Of a DNA stretch of 64,000 nucleotides, positions 39,608 to 51,400 are shown piece by piece. Below the pieces are notes generated by a model. It was not told the origin of the DNA. It did no database searches and was given only the letters and a program-made list of their open reading frames with translations. Each line of letters begins with the position of its first letter. Position 1 is the first letter of the stretch. The position numbers and the translations under genes were made by a program. Source of the DNA: Tubiluchus corallicola (taxonomy: Eukaryota > Animalia > Priapulida); the NCBI GenBank assembly GCA_030141605.1, contig JAQGDQ010000439.1, positions 124,001 to 188,000 of the forward strand, written 5' to 3'.

Positions 39608-42491
39608 CTACCAAATTACTATCGTAATAATTAAGATTTTGTGTGCAATTTGCTGTATATTTAATTTTGATTTGTTTTCTATTTGTTGAAGTGTTTAATC
39701 AAGCATGTTTTATGAATTCATTTTATCTGAATGTTACATTTCTCTAATAATTTACATCATGATTGGCACTTAACAATTTTTTAAGATAGTGTTGATATGT
39801 TACAATATTTAATTAATAAATCGATCTTTTAATTGTGACCTTAATTAGTTAAAACTTGTTTTGAAATTAAAGTTGCGTTATGTGACAAATTATGTATGCC
39901 AAGTTTTTTATTAATTACTTTTTTACTTTTTAACAAGCATTAATACAATTAAACTACCTATATAGACTTGAAATAGATCCTAAAATCAATGATAACACGT
40001 TTTATTTAAATATTGTAGAAAATACTGACTTACTGTTAAGCTGTTTTTCTCGTGTCGTGTTATAAAATAAAACCTCCTGCTAGCTTTTGATGAATGACCA
40101 TTTAATCTCTTGTGTGTTGCTATCATGAGGAAAAAAACTAGAAACATTTATCAAGTTTTTAAAAATATTATTTTTCTGACAAATTCAGTAAGATCAACAA
40201 TTACATGCTGTTGAATCTGCAATGCTCTTTTCTAACCCTGTTTTTTGGCTTTTTGGCCTTCATTTGACACACGATTTATCTTAAAATGGCAATAACTCAG
40301 CCTTGGATAGTATGGAAGACAGACTTGGCACCATTGTGATCATTATATCTTGTGATTAAGTGTGAGCATGTGTAATTTCTTTTAGTGGATTCTCTATGGA
40401 TGGTTTTATGTGGAGTTTTATAAAATCATTCTCCGTCTTGTGATACTAACTGAAAAGATACTAGGTGTTTTTGTTTTTCGTTTGTGGGAGAGAGGTCTAA
40501 AGCCACAGTGTTTGTCTAAACTCAAGCAAAGTATACCCATATTGCCACTTTTATCCCAGGCAGTTTCAGTATCACTAAAGCCTCATGGTAGCCTTAAGTT
40601 GTACTTGTAAAATTGCATCAGTTACTTAATTTGGATAACTATACAAGGCGAAAAAATTGGAAAATAGTATTGTGCAAAGCTAAGAAAATTTAATTTCATC
40701 CAAGTTGGAACCCTGGTGAACAAAAAACCAAGCTGACATATGATTTTGTTGCAAACTGTTCTTTCTTTTTGTATGGAATAAATCGTACAGTAGCCATAAC
40801 TATGATTGAATGATGTGGTTTTGATTTTTACGTTGACTTGTAAAAGAAAGAATTCTATTCGTGTGCTCCTTCATTTTTTGGACTAGTACAAGTTGTGCCT
40901 ATTGGCTGAGTTGTAGTATTACTCTCAAACATAATATTACTTCATTCCACTGGTTAGCAACTGTTCTATTCTGCTGAGCAATTCAAATAGAAAAAATCTG
41001 GCTGTAGATGAAATCATTAGTAACGGGCATGGTGATATTGAAAAATGATATTATGGAGCCAGATAAAATGGTAAATGTAGTATGAAATTAGGTCCGTGCT
41101 GTCTAAATGTAATTAGTAAATTTAATTATTATGTAACTAGCAGAGATATCAAGATCGATAAAAGTCAGTTAAAGATGGCAGTGGATGTGATTTCTGTGTA
41201 ATGAAAAAGTTTGTTGATCTGCCAGCACTTTTTATTATCTCTGACATTTTGACAGAAATGACGCATCAGCTAGTAAAAGTACAAATAAAATTAAGCAATG
41301 ACAAATAGCATTACTGTATTAACTACATAAAAATGAACTTTGGTTTTCTTGCTGGGATGGAATATATTTACATAGTCTATGTAAAATGTTACACATGTGA
41401 AGTACAAATAGTAAAAATGTTAAGTACTATTATGGTGTACAAATTTATGTATGTGGCCGTTTTTCTATAGCAAAGATAAGAGCAGTGCATATACATGCTA
41501 CATTTATATACCAGAACGCCATATCAGTAGGCTTATAGACTCACTGTATCAACCAAAATTTCCTGCCCCTTTTGTTTCTCAAGGCAACTGGCTGAATATA
41601 CTGGCAGAGTAATATATACTAGCAGCCAAAAATTTCCAAGCAACTGAAGCTGACTAAACTTGTCGCGTAAATTCAACAAAAATAGATAAATTGATTTGGA
41701 AAACGCATTCTTAATTAATACTTATACACGGCATATATTAAATAAGGTATACATACTATATATAAGCTAACGTAATTAAGAATATCTTTTAGTCAGTAAT
41801 TTTTTTCGGAGGTAGCCTTGGCGAAATGCGGCAGGATTACCATGCCAAGGTCTCCTCAGTCTAAATTGTGTTTAGTAAACATCAATAATTTGCCGCATTT
41901 ATGTCACTGATTCAAGTGTAAGCCTATATTCAGTATAATTATAAATAAATAAACTTGAAACTTGAATGCGTTTTCTAAATACTATATGTAGCAGTATTTT
42001 TGAACATTACGAAATTTAACAAGCAAGTGTCTTAATTACTCTACAAGCAGTTTGGAATGCATGTTACTGAAATGTTTTAGGAAATAGATTTTTCTGTGAG
42101 TTACGTCATTTTGCCACTTCTAGTATATATTGTTATTTTAATAGGTCTAGATACCCCTAATGGCATGCTTTCGTGATAACTGCAACCCCCCCCCATTAAT
42201 AGCCAACATTACCCGAAAAGGAAATTTCCTTTTCCTGAAAGAGAAAGTCCTGAAATTTCTTTTTCCTGATCTGGTGACTGGAAGCACTATTATCCTCAAT
42301 AGAGTTCTGTGATAACCTCATTGCATTTGATTTATCTCTCGCATCCGTTAGGAACAGTAAAAATTTTTAATGATCAAAGAAATTCATAGAAATATATGAC
42401 ATTCGTCTCTGCATTTGGGTCTTTCATCTTTCAAAAATCTGGACTCTCTGGATTTGGCTGACGTCATTTTCCGCCTCACGTCTGACCAATA

Positions 42492-45400
42492 TTAAAACTG
42501 CTGCGTCTTCTTCAAGTTGATGTCAATAATGATCTGCATGCAGTCTTTTATAATTTGTTTCATGGTACTAGTATCTGTTGCACAGCTAACGTGTGGATAC
42601 ACAGTAGTGTCGGGCGGCTTCCTCTTCAAGAATTCTTCTTTTAAATACTGAGTAACAGCCTGTGGTATGTGTTCTCCTAAAAATAAAGCTCCTGTGAAAA
42701 ATAAATATGTTTGAGACTTAAATGGCACCTTGTCTCCTGAAAGATACAGACGCGGATTTACCTAGGATGCTATAGTTTCTGTTGTAGTAACTTAAACTTG
42801 CATAATATAAAGTTCGCAATTGAATTGTTTATCGATTAAAATGTATTATAGGAAATTCAGCTACAAGAACTTTGCGCAATATAATTGTTGAGCTCCAGTT
42901 GGGGGGACAACAAGTTTTTTTAACACACAACAGAGATTTTTAGTGTGACTTTCGTAAATGAATCATAGTCATTTAAAATAAGACATTATTAAGCCGCAGT
43001 GTGACAATACACCGCGAGTGGGGAGTCGAGTGGTCACGTTTAGTTGTCGCTAAAGTAAGGGACTGACCATCTTCCTGTCTGTGTGTCCATCTATTTATCC
43101 CTCCTTCCGTTCGTTCACCTTTCCATATATCTTATTTTCCAGACATGGCTCCGCACCCACTCTTACGAAGTTTCCTGTTTTCGAAAGCCACTGAGGTGGA
43201 TCTGGAGAATCTTGCCGCGCGTGCACTTAATTTTAACTAGTACAATCCAAACTTTCGCCAGTTAATGCCATAGTCCGACGTGCGTTACGGTTGCACGCGC
43301 CACATCCGACTGCTAGACAGACAGACAGACAATCATTATGATTAACGAAGCATACCTGTGTATGATGGCAGCCAAGTTTTCAGGTCTCGTGTCTTCAGAC
43401 GTTCTTCTAAAACGTCTTTCTTATTCAAGAACAGAATGAAGCTCGTTTTTTTCAGGAATTCGTTGCTTGTTATTTCTTCAAATAGTTGCAAACTATCAGT
43501 TAGCGAGTTCTGAAAAATGTAAATAACACTGATGAAGTAGTAGTACTTTATATGCTTCTCAAGAATGTAATAATTAAGCTAATAATGAATTTCATAGGGC
43601 AATGCGAATATATGTAGACAACGACTGGAACGAGAGAGGAGAGGAGGCAGGAAGATGGAAAGAGAAAGAGTGAGAGAGAAGATAGAAGAAAGAAATGGAA
43701 AGACGGAGAGCGAATGAGAGAGTGAAAGAATGAGTGTAGTGTGCAGTGGTGTAAAATCAAGGCGAACAATGCTCATCGCGTTTTATTAGTCATTTTAAGG
43801 GGTTGTAAAAAACTAAATAAGCGAGTAACCCGACACTAAATTTTAAGGCAAATTTGAAATAGATGAATGAACGAACAAAACAATTATGGCGCTGATGTGA
43901 TCTGTAAAAAATAATAGCATTGTTGGCACGTGCTACGCATTCTACAACCTTAAGTTGCTCGTTGAATATTATCAACATCAACATTCATAATTCGTGCCTA
44001 GGCATATAGGTAATTATCTATATAATTAATCTCAAGTAATGAAGATGCTACCATAAATCACTTGTATTAATCACTAAGTCATTAATACCCATTTTGTCCC
44101 TTTCCTATTGGAACTTGATACTCAGTATAGTCTCTGTCATCACTCAAGCAGCGCTACCTAATTTTCATATACAGTTTGACAGGTGAGATTATAAGGTCAA
44201 CAAAACTTGCTGGCTTCTAACAATTATCCACGGATTAGTCTAGGCTCTGAACTAATTACAAAAAATTAATCTAGCCAGTTAGTAATTATTCTAGCTTGAG
44301 TAAATTAATACTAACGCAGGATTAAATGGTGAGCTTTAAAGGTTGAAGTATGGCTTGCCCTAGTCACATGAAACCCTGTGGTCAAGCAGTGATTGCGTTG
44401 AACTTGCAGCCCACAGGTTCCTGACCAATTTGCTACTTTATTAAACAATTTAAAAAACTTGTTAGATGAAAAATTATTATCACTTACAAATGGCAAAAAA
44501 GCCGAGAATGCGTGAGACTAACAGACTTCTACGTAAGAACGTGTTAAACATCAAATGAATCAGCCTTGACTTGACAGGTTTGTTTAACATCATTTCAGTT
44601 TTAACGAAAGGCTGCATAACTATTACAGATTATCACAAAGAAATGGTACCAAATACTTTAAAACTATAAAATGCCAAGAAGAGTAGGAGATAACAGAACC
44701 AAGAAATATTATTTTCAAACACAAGTAAAGGCATCAAGTATACAAGAAATCAAAGACGTTAATCTATTAATTGTGTCAAAAGACAAATTCAGAACACAAT
44801 TTACAATTCTGTTAATTCAAGCACATATCAATTAAACTGAGCACACACACTTACAATGGCTATAGCTATGTGGCATTTACATGTACATAATTTAATAAAA
44901 AATGACAAGCTAAATACTATACTCAAACTGCTCAAACCTGCAATCCTGCAATCCTGCAAACCTGACACTATAGAAACAGAAATCTAGAAAACAGTTCTTG
45001 ATGTTTGATACTTGCATGACACAGCTGACTAGAACTCAATACAAATATGCGTTCGAGTAACTATGAATCTCAGTATACTGAAATGTATTACTCGATTTAG
45101 AGGTTCATATGTGAAACTATACTGAATTAATACAAATACTAAACAGTACAAATACACTTCAGCTAATACTGATACATGTTCCAAAAACCTTGTGATGTGT
45201 TTACTAAATTACACTTAGCAACTATAGTGAATACAATTAAGCAATTTCCTGCAGTAAATTGGGCATTATTGGAGCAGCATCTGATTATGTTCACTAGAAG
45301 TAGAAACAAATTGATTAGTTTGACCATGCCTATAACAACTTTGTTGAGAACTGGGGTAGTGAAAATGAGATGATTCATCAGCATATCTAACATCCTCACA

Positions 45401-48400
45401 AAATGTGACTGACTTAGGAGCAACAGGAATGCCCTTGGCTAGCTGAGAAAACTGAGCAAGTACATTCTGAATATCTGCTTTTTCAACATCTGACAGAGGA
45501 GGGTTGTTGTTGACTGGAACCCTGATACTGTGTGTAATTTGAACTTGCAACGTCATTCTATAAATGAGGTAAGCTATTTATACTCATCTGCGGTTGGGTT
45601 ATTGGTGAATACTCAGCCTCAGTGCTAGAAACACAGATTACAATTAAATTATGTTCACTAGAATATTGATCATTCATTGTAAATCTTAGATCATGTGAAC
45701 TATTCACTGATGTCATGTCAAGTGCTTGACTAGGACCTGGTGTCTGCAATGATGCAGGACACCAAAAACGTGTTGTCGTTGGTGTTGGATGACAATACGA
45801 AACAGGATTTGTTATAGGAGTGCAAGTATAAGTTAATTGTGAAATCAGCAAGGGCTCTGGTGTTGTTTGGCCTAGCCTCATTACTACTACTTCTCATTAT
45901 TCTGTTCTTGTGAATTAAACTTGAATGCTCTTGTGGGGTCATTGGTGCATTATGAAATATTGATTGTTTCGGATCACATATTTCTGTTACAGCATTCTCA
46001 AATTGTGGCTTCTTACCTCCTCTAGCTGAGGAAGTGAGCACAGTGGCGTAACAACTAGGGCGGGAGCCCTTGGACAAATCTTGGCTGGGGCCCTTGGACA
46101 AATTGAATGAAAGGCCCCATATCGACCCCATTTTTAATTTTGTAAAAAAAGTGTTGAAGTAATGAAATTATTATAAAACACAAAAAAATGATTAAATGAA
46201 AAGCGAAATCGAACTTTATTATTATAGCAAATTGTTTACAAAATTACGTTAGATACACCAAAATACACCCTAGACCTCGCAGAGGCCCCAGTCCAGATCC
46301 TTAGATCTAGGGGAAAATCCCTAAGAGTGGCAACTGGCAACCCTTCGGAATGGAAGTCAGTTCCCCGTTGGATGTCAAAATTAGTAGGTGATTTGATGCC
46401 AAATAAATAGGCATTTTCCTGTCTGTAAATTTGCGTGTTTTTAGATAAGGCTTAGGGGCCCCTAGACCCCGGGGACCCCTCGCATTTGTCCAGCCTAGTC
46501 CAATGGGCGTTACGCCACTGAGTGAGTATCGACTGAATGTGAACAGTTTCGTTGTCTGTTGCCTGTGAATACCTTGTAGTATTCTTTGTTTCTGCTTTAG
46601 TTATAAGAAACTTTGTTTTGATTTAATTTAATTCTTTTGTGAACTTTCTTCGCTGGCAGAGCGAAAGTTCTGTAAACTGTTCAACATTTTCTTCAGGAAA
46701 GCCTTTTGCTTCCATGAAGCTGATCTGCTGTACTATAAGCTGATTATATTTGTGTATTAAGCTTTGTGTGTTTTGAATAACCATAGTTTCTAATCCTGGC
46801 CAAAGAGATTGAGTACAACTCGTAACTTCAGAAGCATTTTGCAGCGTTTTACTTAATTCTGTTAAAGTTACTTCTATCTCGTTCCTCAACAAGATACCAC
46901 TAACAGAGTTATCGATCATAGAAAAATGTATCATAAATGCTATTTACTAATATATGCTCAACTTTTTAGCAAAAACATGATTTTTAGCATTTCATTCACA
47001 AAGACTAAAAAAACGTGAAGAAACAGACAAAATGTATGCCTAATTAACTGTCGAGCAAAAATAATACTGATGGGCTTATAAATATCAACTAAAGACCTAA
47101 ATATTTGCGCGGGTAAAATACATTTTACGCCCACACAAAAGTATTGACACGGAGAAAGCTGACTATAAACTGAAAAAACTGGCGCGTAAATCTTTACACG
47201 CGAAAACTCTACTGCTGAGGGACCTATAATACTGATAAGTTTAAAAATTGTAGTGTAAATTTACACACGGAAACTGCAATACTGATAGGCCTACACTATA
47301 TAATTGATAGTAATAGGTCTAAACACTGGGAGTAAATTTTCAATTTAAACAACGAAATTGCAATACTGAAAAGCCTGTACTATATAACTGATAGTAACAG
47401 GTTTACTGACATAACCGAATGCACGATGACATTCAATAGACAAGTATAAGGCAAAAATTCTAAGCAAATACAAATTTAACTTAGAAAGTAACTGTAATAT
47501 GATCTGTCCTACGCAATTGAAGACGTCTTTTAGCTCTACCGAAGCTGCAGTACCACTGACTAGACCTCTTCTTCGCGAAAGGAAGGAACTGCAAAACTTC
47601 ACTTGCTGTTGACCAAATTTACCGATAGAAACGTGAACTGAATTTTCAAAATGTCCTGACGACACCAGTAAGTAGCTAAATGTGAAAACGAAGCGTAATT
47701 CTCGTTCTATATTTGGTTGTATCGTCTAAGACTATCGTATTTTTCAGCTGCTGACTGAAGAAAATTAACAAACTTTACAGGACTGTCCGTGATTACTCCC
47801 GGTTTTCGCTGCACCACATCGGAAACCATCCAATTTCAACAGTCCATTAACAACAAAGAACGCACAGTCGCACACTGACATAACTTCCTTTCCAATAGAT
47901 GATTAATTTTGACAAACAATGTTTATTATACACATATAATTACGGAATTCACGAACATAAAGCAAAGACAGAAAAATGAACACTCTCTATCATCTTGTCT
48001 GCAAAATTAGAACGAAAAAATACTTCGCGCCAAATCCTTATGGCCAATCTTTCTTGATGTCAAAAGCTTTCTTGATGTCACGTGCCTGGCGTTAAAAGGA
48101 ATTTTTGTTTGTTTTCATTTTAAATCTCCCGCACTGCTGTTTCGACGTCGCCATTACATGCCGTCACTACGCAAACGCAAATCAGGGGAAGAAAAGGCAA
48201 TGTTAGATTATGCTCTAAAAAACTTTTCATGCAAATCTATGTTACTTAGTATTTCGCTTACTTACTGGAAGGACTTATGTAACTAGAAATAATAATTTAA
48301 AATGCTCGTGTCCATTGGTAAAATGTCGCTGGCTCATCCTCTACTAACCCTAGCTCACTAACCAAAAATGTATTTTTAATCTTATTGACAAGATACAGTA

Positions 48401-51400
48401 ATTTACGTAGTTAGTAAGTAAATATCTGTGCTACGCATGTTCTGATTATTTTTTGAAGCTTCACGCAATGTTATCTAAACTGGTTTCAAACTACCTATCA
48501 TTAAAATGGCTGTGCCTAACAGTCATCACGGGAGTTTAAATTTTCACGTTTTACACAGCGTTACTGCCGATGCAAGTAAGTAAGTGGTATAAAATTTCAA
48601 GACGACTTTTTAAGCTTTATGTAAGTGGAGGATTTTCCTGTGCTTTAACTTAAGGCCTATCAATTTTTAATACGTGTGCTATTTTGTTAACAATTAACCT
48701 ACAGCCGAAGGTTCTTCTTCTAACTTTTCACAATAACTGCTCAAAGACGCGAAGAATATCACAGCCGTTACTTCAGCAAAAAAATGTATCCACTTCTTGC
48801 GTTGATTTTTTTGTCCGGCCACATCAATAACCCTGAAGAACATTAAAATTTTCACTTAATAATTGAAATTTTAAACTTATATTGACGCGTTTAGACCTAT
48901 AGTCAATGCTGGATTACCTTAGAGTCTAGTATAGGCTGCAGCCTAGAGCCTCTCTAGCTTGGGAGGGGGCAAACTTAGCATTGCTGAAAATTCATATAAC
49001 TTAAAATAAAATTTCAACTTTAAGAACGTAGGTCAAAAAGTCTGAAAATTAAAGTGGCTCCTCAGTTAAGATAAGGGATCCCTGTTTGAGGTCTTGTATT
49101 TGAGACAAAGAGCCCTTGTTTGAGGCCCTTTATTTGAGATAAAAGCCCCTCTTTGAAGCCCTTTATTCGGATTAAGGAGCCACCAGCTATGCAAATGTTG
49201 CTGAAATATATCACAAGTAAAAAATTATTCGAACCTTGTGCGAGCAATTTAGAGGGTGGCTCCGTCTGCGGTGACCAAATAATTTCATTAGCCTAGGGGC
49301 CCCAAAAGGTCATAATCCGGCCCTGCTTATAGTGCTATTATTTAGAACAAACAATGTAACAAATTTACATTCTTTAAATCTACAAATCTACTTCTTAGTT
49401 ATATCTACTTAAGTAATTACAATGGTTATTACTTTACCTATAATTTAGCCCATTTACTACAAAAATGTGTTCTTGAATGCCTATAGTCGGTTTTCTTATG
49501 TACAGCACGTCCTGTAACGTAGGCACGTAGTTTGGCATAGAGATGCGATCTACGTTTTCTAGAAAACTGAAAAAAACACGTGATTAAATGCAGTATTGAG
49601 TAGATATCTCACTGCGTCCATTAGCAAACAAAATCCTCTTAAAATTTATTTCGCCAGGTGAAACATGGTTTTGTCTTCATTCACAGGTTGCATTCATGGT
49701 TTCCTTTCTGCTAATGAATGGCGTTTACCACGATAAGATTTGCTGAAAAAGTATTGCGTATATATATATATGTTGTAAACCTTAGCCATGTATACATATA
49801 TATGCATGGCTAAAGCTTACAAAGTTAAAGTATATATATATATACGGGTTAAGGGTAATATACGTAATATACGCAAAATGTTTCACAAGCTATCGAATAC
49901 ATGGATTGCTGAATAATACGAGTAACGACACAGAAAACCTATTCAGCGTTCCGTGTATTCGAGGAAGTTATGAAACGTTTTTGCATGTCTGTTACACTTG
50001 AAATAAAGTCATAAAAGCTTCTGTTGGTTCACTAGATGGAAGTACCTCATTTTTTTATAATACAGGTAACAGCATGTTTTGCCTAATATAACAACATGCC
50101 TTCCTAAGGAAAAGAAAGCTCTATAATCTGTCGTAAATGTGTAGGCCTGTAACCACGAAAGTAATTCTCAGAATAGTACTTAATGGGTACCAGATTCTCA
50201 TGGACTTTCCGCTGCTCTAATTGTTCTTCAAACGTGATTCCCTTACTAGTAATTGCTTGCGGTTTCCTCTGACTGTAAACTAATATTGGTCAGTTTGAGT
50301 GGAAGGACAATTGGTAGCTACTGTTGCTAACACAAATATCGTTGATAATAAGTTTTTGCCCTTTTTACCGTTATAGATATCATCGATTTTCACCAACTGA
50401 GTTTTATATTCTTTCGGTGCTGTTGGTTTCTGTTTTTCGGTTATTTCTTGTCAATGTTTTTCTATATAGACGGGATAGTTATTACCATTATCCTTGAGTC
50501 ACCAGCTAACGCTTTCTAACAGCTTTTTAAGAAGGCAGAAGCGGCAAAAAGAATGATAAACTTACAAGACGTCAGTTTGGGAAACTGGAATGTCATATTC
50601 ATCTTTTCTTTCATAGCTCAGTTGCACTCCTCTGTCTTGCCATATTTTTTTCACAGTTTCCATGCTAATATTAATATGATTAGTTGGTTCTGGTGGACAA
50701 CAGGTCGCCTCACTATGCCCTGTAGGACTGCTTCGGGAAAGAGCCAAAAGACTGCGACGCCTTTTCTCAGAAACCTGTTGCACAAACTCCTCCGTTATTT
50801 CCTGAAATGTTAAGCACGTCTTTACTTTTATACCGTCTGCACCAGAACAGTCTTAACAGCATTATGGGCCGTTTTAGAGAAGTGATCGTTTTAGAGAAAG
50901 GCTGGTGATTTAAGAACAGTCGTTGAGTTGAATTGCAGTTTAGATTTTGCATATTCATGTGCGTTTTATTTTTGTTACACGTTGTTGTCCTGTCAGGATA
51001 TTGGCACGCTATTAACTCTGGTCGTCCAAATAGAATCTACGAGGAACTGCTGAACTGACTTAATTAAAACAACTATAACCTAAAGTAGAGACAAGCGCCA
51101 CATTGCGTAATATTTTGTAAGTGATACATAGAACTTTGTATTTAGTTCGCTTCTTTATGGGAAGCCAATGTCACTGAGGAAAGGAACTGGAGTAACGTGA
51201 TGACGCGTCTTTGTGCTTGTAATGAGTCTTGTTAATTTCAAAATCGGAAATTCCAAAAATTAAGCTGTTACAATAGTTCATCCGAGTAACAAAAGCATGT
51301 ATAAGTTTTTGGGCTGAATCTTTGATCTAATATTTTCCTAACTTTTCTTAAAGATGATAACAATAAACCAAGAAATTTTCACTTGCGACACGCAGTCGGG

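Noticed and set aside
42215-42234. Perfect 20-bp palindrome GAAAAGGAAATTTCCTTTTC containing an NF-kB-like core
   Set aside because: It sits in a short degenerate repeat with TIR-like ends; most likely a MITE remnant.
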